Part shown: positions 9,263-19,600 of the stretch, in pieces
Position numbering within the stretch: the stretch's first letter is position 1
How the letters are laid out: the number at the start of each line of letters is the position of its first letter
Assembly (NCBI GenBank): GCA_041583775.1
Contig: JBFHFF010000007.1
Coordinates: forward strand, 3,382 to 67,381
Direction of reading: 5' to 3'
DNA length: 64,000 bases
Origin: Candidatus Moraniibacteriota bacterium
GTDB lineage: Bacteria > Patescibacteriota > Minisyncoccia > Moranbacterales > DUUL01
Notes under the pieces: model-generated
What the model saw: the letters and a program-made list of their open reading frames with translations, nothing else
Told to the model about the DNA's origin: nothing
Database searches by the model: none
Program-made: the position numbers and the translations under genes

Positions 9263-10534
9263 ATGTTGGAAAAAGTTAAGCAAATATTTAAAATAAAAGA
9301 GCTACGAAATAAAATATTTTTTATTTTAGCAATTCTTATTGTTTATAGACTTGCAGCTAATGTGCCTATTCCTGGTGTTGATACTAGTCAGCTGAAGGCC
9401 TTTTTTGAAGGCAATCAGCTTTTTGGTATGCTCGATATGTTTTCGGGAGGTGGTCTGAAAAATATTTCCATTGTGATGCTTGGAGTTGGTCCTTATATTA
9501 CAGCATCAATTGTGATGCAGGTAATGACGATGATTTTCCCTAAATTAGAGCAATTACAGAAAGAAGAGGGTGAGGCTGGAAGACAGAAATATAATTCTTG
9601 GACAAGATATTTAACAGTCCCTTTTGCTATTTTGCAGGTGTTTGCGATGATATCCCTTTTCCGTTCGCAAGGAATTATTGGAAATTTAACACCAATGAAT
9701 TATGTTACGATTATTATGACAGCAACTGCTGGAACAGTTTTCTTGATGTGGTTAGGAGAATTGATAACAGAAAAAGGGCTCGGTAATGGTGTCTCATTGT
9801 TGATTTTTGCGGGAATCGTCTCTGCGCTTCCAAGTTCTATTCAACAGTTAATTGCAACTTGGGATCCTTCTCTTATTTTAACTTATTTCTCATTTCTTGT
9901 GATTTCAATTGCGACCGTTGTGGGAATTGTTATTGTTAATGAGGGTCAAAGGGATATCCCGGTTTCTTTTGCAAGAAGAACTAGAGCAGGAACTGCAAGT
10001 GGTTCATCGAAGAGCAGTTTGCCTTTGAGAGTTAATCAGGCTGGCGTAATCCCAATTATCTTTGCAATGTCGATTATGATATTCCCAGGGATGATTGCTA
10101 ATTTGCTTTTGCAGATTAACAATGAAGCAGTTAAAAGTGTTGCTAGTTGGATAGCTGATTTATTTGCTAATCAAACTTTTTATGGAGTTGCATATTTCTT
10201 TTTGGTCGTAGCGTTTACTTTCTTTTACACATCTGTAACATTTGATCCAAAAAATATTTCTGAAAATCTTCAAAGACAAGGAGGTTTCGTACCAGGAATT
10301 CGACCAGGTGTTCCAACGATGGAGTACTTGAATTATATTGTGAATAGAGTTACAACATCGGGAGCAATTTTTCTTGGTTTGGTAGCAGTTCTTCCTTTTA
10401 TTGTTCAAGGAGCAACAGGGATGAAAACGCTAACAGTAGGAGGTACAGGAATATTGATCGTTGTCTCTGTGGTAATTGAAACAATCAAACAAATTGAAGC
10501 ACAGTTGGTGATGAGGGATTATGAAGGATTCTAG
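9263..10534 (+). CDS. secY: preprotein translocase subunit SecY
   Basis: 10-TM protein, LNIFALGIMPYITASI-like segment (MLGVGPYITASIVMQ); operon position. Confidence 0.95.
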   Translation: MLEKVKQIFKIKELRNKIFFILAILIVYRLAANVPIPGVDTSQLKAFFEGNQLFGMLDMFSGGGLKNISIVMLGVGPYITASIVMQVMTMIFPKLEQLQKEEGEAGRQKYNSWTRYLTVPFAILQVFAMISLFRSQGIIGNLTPMNYVTIIMTATAGTVFLMWLGELITEKGLGNGVSLLIFAGIVSALPSSIQQLIATWDPSLILTYFSFLVISIATVVGIVIVNEGQRDIPVSFARRTRAGTASGSSKSSLPLRVNQAGVIPIIFAMSIMIFPGMIANLLLQINNEAVKSVASWIADLFANQTFYGVAYFFLVVAFTFFYTSVTFDPKNISENLQRQGGFVPGIRPGVPTMEYLNYIVNRVTTSGAIFLGLVAVLPFIVQGATGMKTLTVGGTGILIVVSVVIETIKQIEAQLVMRDYEGF

Positions 10535-10560
10535 AAGTAATAAATATTCTACTTCAGATA

Positions 10561-10590
10561 AAAAACAGTCGAAAGGCTGTTTTTTATTTT
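10561..10590 (+). terminator. weak A/T-rich hairpin with T-tract after secY
   Basis: AAAAACAG-tcgaaagg-CTGTTTTT then TATTTT. Confidence 0.35.
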
Positions 10591-10639
10591 GAGTTATACT
10601 TGACAAAAAAGATTAAATATGCTTTATTTAAAATAGTAA

Positions 10640-10945
10640 TTTTTTTATTATAAACCTTTGAAAGGGAGGTGTGTATGCTGAGACCATAGAGTTCTTGGGA
10701 TCATTCAGTCTGGTCTTAAAATCAACCCAAAAGATCTTGGGAGACTGGGGGTGGCAAGTACATTTCATTTTCTTCTAATTTCTGGCTTGATAGGATATGT
10801 TCCATTATTGGTCGGTTAAAGGGGGTTGTGAAATTTCCCGAATAAGTGGCCTGGTAAACCACAAATTCTAAAGTGAGATTAGGGATCTTGCAAAAACTTG
10901 TAAAAAGGTCTTTCCATCGATATGGAAAGACCTTTTTTCTTTTGT
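10640..10945 (+). ncRNA. unassigned structured non-coding region ending in a strong terminator; candidate small RNA
   Basis: No ORF in any frame; locally GC-richer; internal hairpins (GTGG-cctggtaaa-CCAC, CCCAA-aagatc-TTGGG); TTGACA box at 10600-10605; terminator at 10905-10940. Confidence 0.3.
10905..10940 (+). terminator. rho-independent terminator, potentially bidirectional
   Basis: Perfect 13-bp stem AAGGTCTTTCCAT/ATGGAAAGACCTT, loop CGAT, then TTTTTT; A-run upstream. Confidence 0.7.
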
Positions 10946-11020
10946 CGTTGTATTTTACAAGGTTTGACTTTTTAGTCCCTTTGGAGTAATCTATATATTG
11001 TTAAGATGAAATTTGAAAAA

Positions 11021-11095
11021 GCGAGCGTCGTATAATGGTTATTACCCCAGCCTTCCAAGCTGGTGACGCCGGTTCGATTCCGGTCGCTCGCTCCA
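11021..11095 (+). tRNA. tRNA-Gly (anticodon UCC)
   Basis: Hand-folded cloverleaf: acceptor GCGAGCG/CGCTCGC, anticodon stem CCAGC/GCTGG, loop CTTCCAA, T-loop TTCGATT, encoded CCA. Confidence 0.85.
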
Positions 11096-11100
11096 ATTAA

Positions 11101-11126
11101 AAAACTCCCTAGAAGGGGAGTTTTTG
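11101..11126 (+). terminator. rho-independent terminator after tRNA-Gly
   Basis: AAAACTCCC-tagaag-GGGAGTTTT then T-run. Confidence 0.65.
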
Positions 11127-11165
11127 TTTAAGTGACCCAATTATGCTAAATTAAAATAGAAGCTA

Positions 11166-11184
11166 CTATAGAGGCTTCTATAGA
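11166..11184. promoter_or_regulatory. pair of palindromic CTATAGA boxes upstream of the AbrB-like ORF; candidate operator
   Basis: CTATAGA-ggctt-CTATAGA directly upstream of ORF at 11211. Confidence 0.3.
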
Positions 11185-11210
11185 TACCTCTAAAAAATAA
11201 AACAAAATAA

Positions 11211-11375
11211 ATGGAAAAAAATATCCACAAACTGAAAAAGGCCAGTAAATACAGCTACAGTATTACAATCCCAAAAGAAATTATTGAAAAATATAGTTGG
11301 AAGGCTAAGCAAAAATTAACTGTTGAGGATAAGGGGAGAGGAGTTTTAGAGATTAAGGATTGGAGGAGGAAGTAA
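11211..11375 (+). CDS. 54-aa AbrB/MazE/SpoVT-fold (swapped-hairpin) DNA-binding protein; not in ORF track (<60 aa)
   Basis: Translation MEKNIHKLKKASKYSYSITIPKEIIEKYSWKAKQKLTVEDKGRGVLEIKDWRRK; the ...SITIPKEI...G..L.V...G motif is typical of AbrB-type antitoxins/regulators. Confidence 0.55.
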   Translation: MEKNIHKLKKASKYSYSITIPKEIIEKYSWKAKQKLTVEDKGRGVLEIKDWRRK

Positions 11376-11664
11376 GTTGTTTGGTTGTATTTAGTGTTTG
11401 ACTTGAGGTACTTTCCCTTTTTGAAGAGGGACGCAGGGGTTTTTTGTTTTTAGTGTGACTGATTTAATTTATAATTTTCAATTAGTTAATAAATAAAAAA
11501 CTAATTTTCAAAATTAGAAATTCAAAATTTGAGAAAACTCAAACACCAAACCGCTGGCACAGTCTGGATTCCTGCTGATGTTTACCCCACGAATGTTGGA
11601 GTAGGAATGGCAAAGGAAAAAGATTGAGAAATAAAATTTCATAAATAAATATAAAGCCTAAGAT

Positions 11665-12294
11665 ATGCCAAATCATAAAAAAGAAATAGTAATAGCCACT
11701 GAAAACAATGGCAAGATTGAAGAGCTTAAAAGAATTTTTGCAAACACTAGTTTTGTGCCGAGGTTTCTTAGTGAATTCACGGAACAATTAGGGGATACAA
11801 AAATCCTAGAAAATGCCAAAACTTTTGAAGGAAATGCATTGATAAAAGCAATTGTTGTGGGAGAAAAACTAGGAATACTAACTCTTGCAGATGATTCTGG
11901 TCTTTGTGTGGACGCTCTTGATGGAGACCCTGGTGTGTATTCTGCGAGATATTCCAACGAAGGAACTGATATTGCCAATTATGAAAAGCTACTAAAAGAA
12001 ATGATAAATGTTCCAAAGGAAAAGCGAGAATGTTATTATAATTGTACAGTTGCTATCTATGACCCGGAAACAAATTTCGTTGAAACTGTTTCTGGAAAAT
12101 GGCAGGGAAGGATAGCAAAGGAGCCACGTGGTAGCAAATCTTTCGGATATGCACCAATATTTTTGTCAGAAGATTCCAATTTCAAAAAAACCAATGCCGA
12201 ATTTGACCCAGAGGAATTGACAAATATGAATCACCGAGGAAAAGCTTTTCTAGGAGCGATTAAGATTTTGGATGAATACTTTAACTTAAAATAA
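11665..12294 (+). CDS. rdgB: non-canonical purine NTP pyrophosphatase (Ham1/RdgB/ITPase family)
   Basis: IATENNGKIEE...LADDSGLCVDALDGDPGVYSARY...FGYAPIF. Confidence 0.85.
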   Translation: MPNHKKEIVIATENNGKIEELKRIFANTSFVPRFLSEFTEQLGDTKILENAKTFEGNALIKAIVVGEKLGILTLADDSGLCVDALDGDPGVYSARYSNEGTDIANYEKLLKEMINVPKEKRECYYNCTVAIYDPETNFVETVSGKWQGRIAKEPRGSKSFGYAPIFLSEDSNFKKTNAEFDPEELTNMNHRGKAFLGAIKILDEYFNLK

Positions 12295-12547
12295 GAATAT
12301 ATCAAAACAAATGTTTGGAACTCTAGATATTTTAGTCTCTCTTAAAAATAAAATTACCAAAGAAGAGGAGGAAAATGCAAATAAATTTAATAAATATTTT
12401 ATCAATAGGGGTGATGAATTGACAGTGCTTGGAATTGGCAGATTGAATCGCAAATATGATTTTTTTGGATAAATTCTTTTTTTTGCTTTTCATTATTTCG
12501 AAAAAAATGTATAATAATAAAGTAATATAAGTCGGTAGAAATTTGAA

Positions 12548-12817
12548 ATGAAAGAAAAATTGGTAATTAAGGTTGAAGGCAAAGCAATTACATTAGAATT
12601 AGAAAAAGAAAATAGTGTTTTAGACACAAAAGAATGGCAAGAAGATGGAAATCTTTCCAAGACATTGCTAAATGAGATTGATACTATTTTGACTAAAAAT
12701 AAACTTAAAATATCAGATATCGACCCTGATGTGAGGGTTGAGACTGATAATGATTCATATACTTCGGCTAGGATTGTAAATGTTGTGGCTAAAATAATGA
12801 AATATTCACTATCTTAA
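12548..12817 (+). CDS. short (89 aa) TsaB/YeaZ-like N-terminal domain protein
   Basis: KLVIKVEGKAITLEL...ISDIDPDVRVETDNDSYTSARIVNVVAKIM resembles the ...LALDTS...DID.I.V..GPGSFTGlRIG... N-terminal ASKHA half of TsaB; C-terminal half absent. Confidence 0.4.
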   Translation: MKEKLVIKVEGKAITLELEKENSVLDTKEWQEDGNLSKTLLNEIDTILTKNKLKISDIDPDVRVETDNDSYTSARIVNVVAKIMKYSLS

Positions 12818-12827
12818 CTTTTTTTAC

Positions 12828-12856
12828 TTGACAAATAGGAAAACAGAGTGTAAAAT
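12828..12856 (+). promoter_or_regulatory. sigma70-like promoter upstream of rpoB (TTGACA-17-TAAAAT)
   Basis: ttgaca at 12828-12833, taaaat at 12851-12856; about 300-nt leader before rpoB ATG. Confidence 0.5.
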
Positions 12857-13160
12857 GAACCTGTTAAATCAAAGATGGTTAGATGCAAAAACAATTGTAT
12901 GTTTTTGGATTTTATCGTCTTGCGTGAGTATGAAATAAAATCACTAAAAGAAAATTCTTGTATTGATTTTGTTTGTTTGAAAAATTTACGGTTTTTAAAA
13001 TGGGCCATAACTTGGCCTATATAATATGCTTGATCTCTTTTCCTCAGATGCCTAAGAGAAGCAACGATCACAAAAAATAGATAAATTTATATATTAATCA
13101 GTAGAACTGATTGTTTTTTGTCTACTCCAGGAAACAGTCAAATAACCAAATTGCGCTTAT

Positions 13161-16100
13161 ATGAAAAAAGTCAAAAAAAATCTCGTAGTAAGGTCAAAGT
13201 TTAGTTCTCATTCAAGTTTGTCAAAACGAAAGTTTTTTCAAAAACAACCAATGGTTTCTTTGCCAAATTTGATTGAGTCTCAAATTAAATCCTACCAATG
13301 GTTTTTGAAAGAGGGATTGGATGAGATTTTGAAAGAAATTTGTCCTATTGAGGATTTTACAGGAAATGAAATGGAGCTTTCGATAGGTGAGTGTTATTTA
13401 GACGAACCGAAATATGACGAATTAACAGCAAAAGAGAAGAATATTTCATACGATGCTCCACTTAGAGCTCAAGCTAGTCTTTTGATTAAGAAGACTGGAG
13501 AAATAAGAGAACAGGAAATTTTTCTTGCCGATTTTCCAATAATGACAGATAGAGGAACTTTTATCATCAATGGTGTTGAGAGAGTTGTTGTTTCTCAATT
13601 AATCCGAAGTCCTGGAGCTTTTTTCACAATGGAGTATACAAAGGGGCGAAAACTTTTTGGTGCTAAGGTTATTCCTAATAGAGGAGCTTGGTTGGAGTTG
13701 GAAACTGATATGGATGGAGCAATTTGGGCAAAAATTGATCGAAAAAGAAAAATTCCAGTAACTTCTCTTCTGAGAGTTTTTGGATTAGATACTGATAAAG
13801 ATATTTTAGCAGCCTTTAAAGGTGCTGATAATGGTGAGGTTGCTATGGTCAAGGAGACATTAGAAAAAGATCCAGCCAAAAACACTGGAGAGGCATACAA
13901 GGAAATCTACAAAAGATTGAGACCAGGTGATCTTGCTACAACAGAGAATGCAAAGCAAATGGTTGATTCTATTTTCTTTAGCAATGAAAGATATGACTTT
14001 GGTAGAGTGGGAAGATATCGTTTGAATTTGAGACTGGAAATGGATAAAGATGAAAGTAAAGAAGAAAATAGAATCTTAAGTAAGGATGAGATTATATTAA
14101 TCATAGGAGAAATTATTAGACTAAATAATGATCCTTCGGCTATTCCTGATGATATTGATCACCTTGGGAATAGACGCCTAAGAGGTGTTGGAGAGTTGGT
14201 TCAGAATAAAGTCAGAGTTGGTTTGGCACGAATGGTGCGAAACATTAAAGATAGAATGAGTACTTGTGATGTTACTACTGTTGTTCATGGACAATTGATA
14301 AATCCAAGACCAGTAGCAGCTTCAATAAAAGAATTTTTTTCTTCTTCTCAACTTTCTCAATTTATGGATCAGGTCAACCCTTTAGCTGAGCTTGAACATA
14401 AAAGAAGATTGAGTGCTATGGGACCAGGAGGTTTGACACGAGAGAGAGCTGGTTTCGAGGTTCGAGATGTTCACAATTCTCATTATGGAAGAATTTGCCC
14501 AGTACAAACACCAGAAGGTCCAAATATTGGTTTGGTTGGTCATTTGGCTTGTTATGCAAGAGTTAATGATTATGGTTTTTTAGAAACACCTTATAGAATT
14601 GTTAGGAACACAATTAAAAATAGTGGCGATAAATTAGCTGAAAATAGAATTTTAACTGAAGATGTTAAAGATTCTGCAGGAAAAGTTTTAATAGCTAGTG
14701 GAACAAAAATCGGAACTGCTGAATTGGAGAAATTGAAAAAATCAGCAAGTGAAAGTGTTAATGTTTTGCCATTTATGACAGGTGAGGTTAAATATCTAAA
14801 CGCACTTGCTGAAGAAAAGGTTAGTATTGCACATGCCCGAATTGATATTGATGAATATGATAATTTAGTAGAACCAATTGTTGAGGCTCGTGTTCACACA
14901 GAGGCAACAAAAATTGATACTAGGGAAGTTGACTATGTTGATGTTTCAGCAAAACAATGTATTTCTGTTGCAACAGCACTTATTCCATTTTTGGAACATG
15001 ATGATGCAAACCGTGCTCTTATGGGTTCAAATATGCAACGACAGGCAGTTTCTTGTATTATTCCAGATGCGCCACTTGTTGGAACTGGACTTGAGGACAA
15101 GGCAGCTGCTGATTCCGGACAAGTAGTCTTAGCTAGAACAGATGGAGAAATTGTTGAAGTGGATGGTGCACATATCGTGCTTAAAGAAACTGCAGAAAAA
15201 GGTAAAAGATCAAAGAGACAAACCTATCCTTTACAAACATTCGCAAAATCAAACGCATTTACAAGTATGAATCAGGTTCCGCGAGTTTCTAGGGGACAGA
15301 TGGTTAAAGCTGGAGATTTATTAGCTGACGGAGCTTCAACTGATCATGGTGAATTAGCACTTGGAAAGAATGTTTTGATGGCATTTATGCCTTGGGAAGG
15401 TTTTAATTATGAGGATGCTATTATCGTTTCTGAAAGATTGAGACACGAAGACGGATACTCTTCTGTGCATATTGAAGAATTTACGGTTGATGTTAGAGAT
15501 ACAAAACTTGGACCCGAAGTTGTTACAAGAGATATTCCAAACATCGGAGAAGATAGATTGAGAAATCTTGATGAGACTGGAATTATTAGAATTGGAGCTG
15601 AGGTAAGTTCGGGTGATATCTTGGTTGGAAAAGTAACATTAAAAGGTGAAGGAGATTTGACAGCAGAAGAGAGACTTCTCCGAGCGATTTTTGGTGAAAA
15701 ATCAAGAGATGTTAAGGATACATCACTATATGTTCCACACGGAAAGAGCGGAAAAGTTGTTGACATTAAAATTTTCTCACGAGAACAAGGAGATAAACTT
15801 CAAGCGGGAGTTATTCAACAAATTCAAATTTCCGTTGCACAGCTTCGAAAAATTTCTGTTGGAGATAAACTTGCTGGTAGACATGGAAATAAGGGTGTAA
15901 TCTCAAAGGTTGCGGCAATTGAAGATATGCCATATCTTCCAGATGGAACTCCTGTGGATGTTATTCTGACTCCGCTTGGTGTTCCTTCTCGTATGAACCT
16001 TGGACAGATTTTTGAAACTCATCTTGGATGGGCTGCTCAAAAACTTGGATACAAGGCAGCATCACCTGCACTGGATGGTGTAACTGCGGAAGAAATTAAG

Positions 16101-16613
16101 GGAGAATTGAGAAAGGCTGGATTACCAGAAGATGGAAAAATTCAATTAATAAGTGGAAAGAGTGGAAAGCCTTTCATCGAAAAAACGATGGTTGGTTATA
16201 TGTATATTATGAAATTGAATCATTTGATTGAAGATAAGATGCATATGCGTTCTATTGGACCATATTCACTAATTACACAACAACCTCTTGGAGGAAAGGC
16301 TCAGTTTGGAGGACAGAGATTTGGAGAGATGGAAGTTTGGGCACTTGAGGGATATGGTGCAGCTTATACTCTTCAAGAAATGCTTACAATTAAATCTGAT
16401 GATGTACTTGGTCGCTCTAGAGCATATGAATCAATTATCAAGGGTGAACCCATTAAGCCACCGAACATTCCTGCAGCATTTCATGTTTTGGTTAATGAGC
16501 TCAAGGCTCTTGCACTGGAAGTGAATTTATTAGAAGCGAAAATCGATACTAGTGAAAGCCCTAAGGTGGATGAGGAAACTGGTTTGGAAAAAGAAGTATC
16601 AACTGAGAAATAA
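13161..16613 (+). CDS. rpoB: DNA-directed RNA polymerase subunit beta
   Basis: 1150 aa; RKFFQKQP...NLIESQIKSYQWF aligns with the rpoB N-terminus; NSHYGRICP, GQRFGEMEVWALE motifs. Confidence 0.97.
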   Translation: MKKVKKNLVVRSKFSSHSSLSKRKFFQKQPMVSLPNLIESQIKSYQWFLKEGLDEILKEICPIEDFTGNEMELSIGECYLDEPKYDELTAKEKNISYDAPLRAQASLLIKKTGEIREQEIFLADFPIMTDRGTFIINGVERVVVSQLIRSPGAFFTMEYTKGRKLFGAKVIPNRGAWLELETDMDGAIWAKIDRKRKIPVTSLLRVFGLDTDKDILAAFKGADNGEVAMVKETLEKDPAKNTGEAYKEIYKRLRPGDLATTENAKQMVDSIFFSNERYDFGRVGRYRLNLRLEMDKDESKEENRILSKDEIILIIGEIIRLNNDPSAIPDDIDHLGNRRLRGVGELVQNKVRVGLARMVRNIKDRMSTCDVTTVVHGQLINPRPVAASIKEFFSSSQLSQFMDQVNPLAELEHKRRLSAMGPGGLTRERAGFEVRDVHNSHYGRICPVQTPEGPNIGLVGHLACYARVNDYGFLETPYRIVRNTIKNSGDKLAENRILTEDVKDSAGKVLIASGTKIGTAELEKLKKSASESVNVLPFMTGEVKYLNALAEEKVSIAHARIDIDEYDNLVEPIVEARVHTEATKIDTREVDYVDVSAKQCISVATALIPFLEHDDANRALMGSNMQRQAVSCIIPDAPLVGTGLEDKAAADSGQVVLARTDGEIVEVDGAHIVLKETAEKGKRSKRQTYPLQTFAKSNAFTSMNQVPRVSRGQMVKAGDLLADGASTDHGELALGKNVLMAFMPWEGFNYEDAIIVSERLRHEDGYSSVHIEEFTVDVRDTKLGPEVVTRDIPNIGEDRLRNLDETGIIRIGAEVSSGDILVGKVTLKGEGDLTAEERLLRAIFGEKSRDVKDTSLYVPHGKSGKVVDIKIFSREQGDKLQAGVIQQIQISVAQLRKISVGDKLAGRHGNKGVISKVAAIEDMPYLPDGTPVDVILTPLGVPSRMNLGQIFETHLGWAAQKLGYKAASPALDGVTAEEIKGELRKAGLPEDGKIQLISGKSGKPFIEKTMVGYMYIMKLNHLIEDKMHMRSIGPYSLITQQPLGGKAQFGGQRFGEMEVWALEGYGAAYTLQEMLTIKSDDVLGRSRAYESIIKGEPIKPPNIPAAFHVLVNELKALALEVNLLEAKIDTSESPKVDEETGLEKEVSTEK

Positions 16614-16646
16614 ATTTACTTATTATATCTTTAATAGCAAAATTCG

Positions 16647-19600
16647 ATGACAGAAAACATAACGAGAATTTCAGATTTCAGTGCAGTGCAATTGAAAGTA
16701 GCCTCACCTGAAAAAATTCTTGAATGGTCACACGGGGAAATTACTCGACCAGAAACAATTAATTATAGAACTCAAAGATTTGAAAAAGACGGACTTTTTT
16801 GCGAGAAAATTTTCGGACCTTCAAAAGATTGGGAATGTTATTGTGGAAAATATAAAAGAATTCGATATAAAGGAATTGTTTGTGATAAGTGTGGTGTTGA
16901 AATTACAAAATCAATAGTAAGGCGTGAAAGAATGGGGCACATTGAACTTGCCGTGCCAGTTTCACATATTTGGTTTCTAAGAAGTGTTCCTTCTAGAATT
17001 GGATTGGCATTGGATATGTCAGTTCAAGAATTAGAAAGAGTAGTTTATTTTGCTAGCTACATTGTTATTTCAATCGATGAGGATGCTAGAGCAGAGGCAT
17101 TGAAGGAGCTTGAAACTGAATTTAAATTGAACACGAAAAGCGCTACAACTGAATCAGAGAAGGAAGATATAAAAGCAGTTTACCAAGCCTCAAAAGAGGG
17201 CTTGAAGTCTCTTCAGAAAAGACAAACACTTTCTGAAATTGATTATCACAATATTTCAAGAAACTTTGGACATGTATTTGAAGCTTCAATTGGAGCGGAA
17301 GCCATTTTCCAACTTTTACGAGAACTTGATTTGAAAAAAGAGGTAGATGCTTTAAGTGAAAAGATTGTAAATGGAGATACTTCTGATAAGAAAAGATTGG
17401 CAAAAAGACTTAAGGTGTTGGCAGGATTTTTGAATGCAAAAATCAAGCCAGAATGGATGATGTTAAAAGTTATTCCTGTGATTCCACCAGATCTTAGACC
17501 AATGGTTCAATTGAACGGTGGGCGTTTTGCAACAAGCGATCTCAATGATCTTTATAGAAGAATTATTAACAGGAATAATCGACTTCGAAAGTTGATTGAA
17601 CTTGGTGCCCCAGAGGTTATTCAGAGAAATGAAAAGAGAATGTTGCAAGAAGCAGTGGATGCCTTAATTGACAACAGTTCAAGAAGGTCACAAGCACAAG
17701 TTGCTGCCTCAACTGGCCAAAGAAGGGCATTGAAATCAGTTTCTGATATGCTAAAAGGAAAGCAAGGACGATTTCGACAAAACTTGCTTGGAAAGCGTGT
17801 TGATTATTCAGGACGATCAGTTATTGTAATCGGACCAAAATTGAAATTACATCAATGTGGAATTCCAAAAAAGATGGCATTGGAATTGTTTAAACCTTTT
17901 ATTATCAATCAGTTGATTGAAAAGGAACATGCACACAATGTAAGAACAGCGGGGAGAATGGTTGATGCTGAAAGGGAAGAGGCATATGAAATGTTGGATA
18001 ACATTATTGGTAACCACTATGTATTGTTAAATCGTGCCCCAACTTTGCACAGACTTTCAATTCAAGCTTTTCAACCAGTTCTAATTGAAGGAAAAGCCTT
18101 GCGAGTCCATCCATTGGTTTGTACGGCATTTAATGCTGACTTTGACGGTGATCAGATGGCCGTTCATGTTCCACTTACAACTGAAGCAAGAAAGGAATGT
18201 GCAGAAATTATGCTTTCTAGCAAGAATCTATTAAAACCCTCAAGTGGAGATCCTATCACAGTTCCTTCGCAGGATATCGTTTTAGGAGCTTACTTTATGA
18301 CAACTTTTTGGGATGGCGCGAAAGGTGAAGGAAAAAGTTTTTCTTCAATGAATGAAGTTATCAGGGCATATCAAATGGAGATTATCGACTTAAGAGCTAA
18401 GATCAATTTGTATTATAATGGTGAGAAGTTAGAAACTTCAGCTGGACGAGTTTTGATTAACGACATTCTTCCTGAAAAACTTCGCTTTGTAAACAAGCAA
18501 TTAACAAAAGGTGACCTTAAAGACTTGGTTGCTGGTTTCTTAAAAAACGATGGAACTGATGAAGCAGCTGTTTTTGTTGATGATTTAAAAAATCTTGGGT
18601 TTGAATATGTTACTCAATCAGGTATTAGTTTGGGAATGGACGATTTTCAAGAGCCGGCAGATAGAGAGAAGACATTTGAAGCTGCTGATAAGAAAGTTGA
18701 GGAGGTTCAAGCTCAATACGATATGGGTCTTTTAACGAATTCTGAGAGAAAGACAAAAGTGATTAAGATTTGGAATGAAACTAAGGATGAGATCACGAAG
18801 AAAGTTGTTGCTGCGATTGATCCAAAAGGTTCAATTCATGCAATGATTCATTCAAAAGCTCGTGGTTCTGAAGCTGTTGTTGTTCAGATGACAGGAATGA
18901 AAGGTTTGGTTGCTGGACCAACAGGAGAAACAATTGAACTTCCAATTAAGGGTTCTTTGAAGGGTGGTTATGATGTATTGGAATATTTCATTTCTACTCA
19001 TGGTGCTCGAAAAGGTATGGCTGATACAGCACTTAGAACTGCGACTGCTGGTTATCTAACGCGTCGTTTGGTTGATGTAGGTCAAGATGTGGTTATTAGT
19101 GAAGAGGACTGTGGTGATACAGTGGGAGCATATTTATATAGAGAAGATTCTGATCAGATAGGGCAAGGATTTGCATCTCGTGTTGAAGGAAGAACAACTC
19201 TTGAAATTGTTAAAGATCCAAAGACGGGCGAAAAGATTGTCGGAAAGGGAGAATTGGTAACCCCAGTACAAGCTCAGAAAATCGAAGATGCTGGTGTAGT
19301 GAAAGTTAAGATTAGAAGTTTAGTTACTTGTAAGACTAGGAGAGGAGTTTGTCAGAAATGTTATGGTAAAGACTTGGGAAGAAATCGTCTTGTGGGTCTT
19401 GGTCAAGCAGTTGGAACGATTGCAGCGCAAGCCATTGGAGAGCCTGGAACACAGTTGACAATGCGTACTTTCCACATCGGAGGTGTTGCAGGAACCGATA
19501 TTACTCAAGGTTTGCCTCGTGTAGAAGAAATCTTTGAAGCAAGAACTCCAAAAGGTGAGGCAGTTATAGCTGAAGTCGATGGAACAATTGAAAATATTGT

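Noticed and set aside
10640-10945. Assignment of the secY-downstream non-coding region to SRP RNA, RNase P RNA, tmRNA or 6S RNA
   Set aside because: Could not find the GGAAGCAGC-type SRP domain IV motif, the P4 AGTCCGG/ACAGAA elements, or a tRNA-like CCA end by eye. Left as unassigned rather than named.
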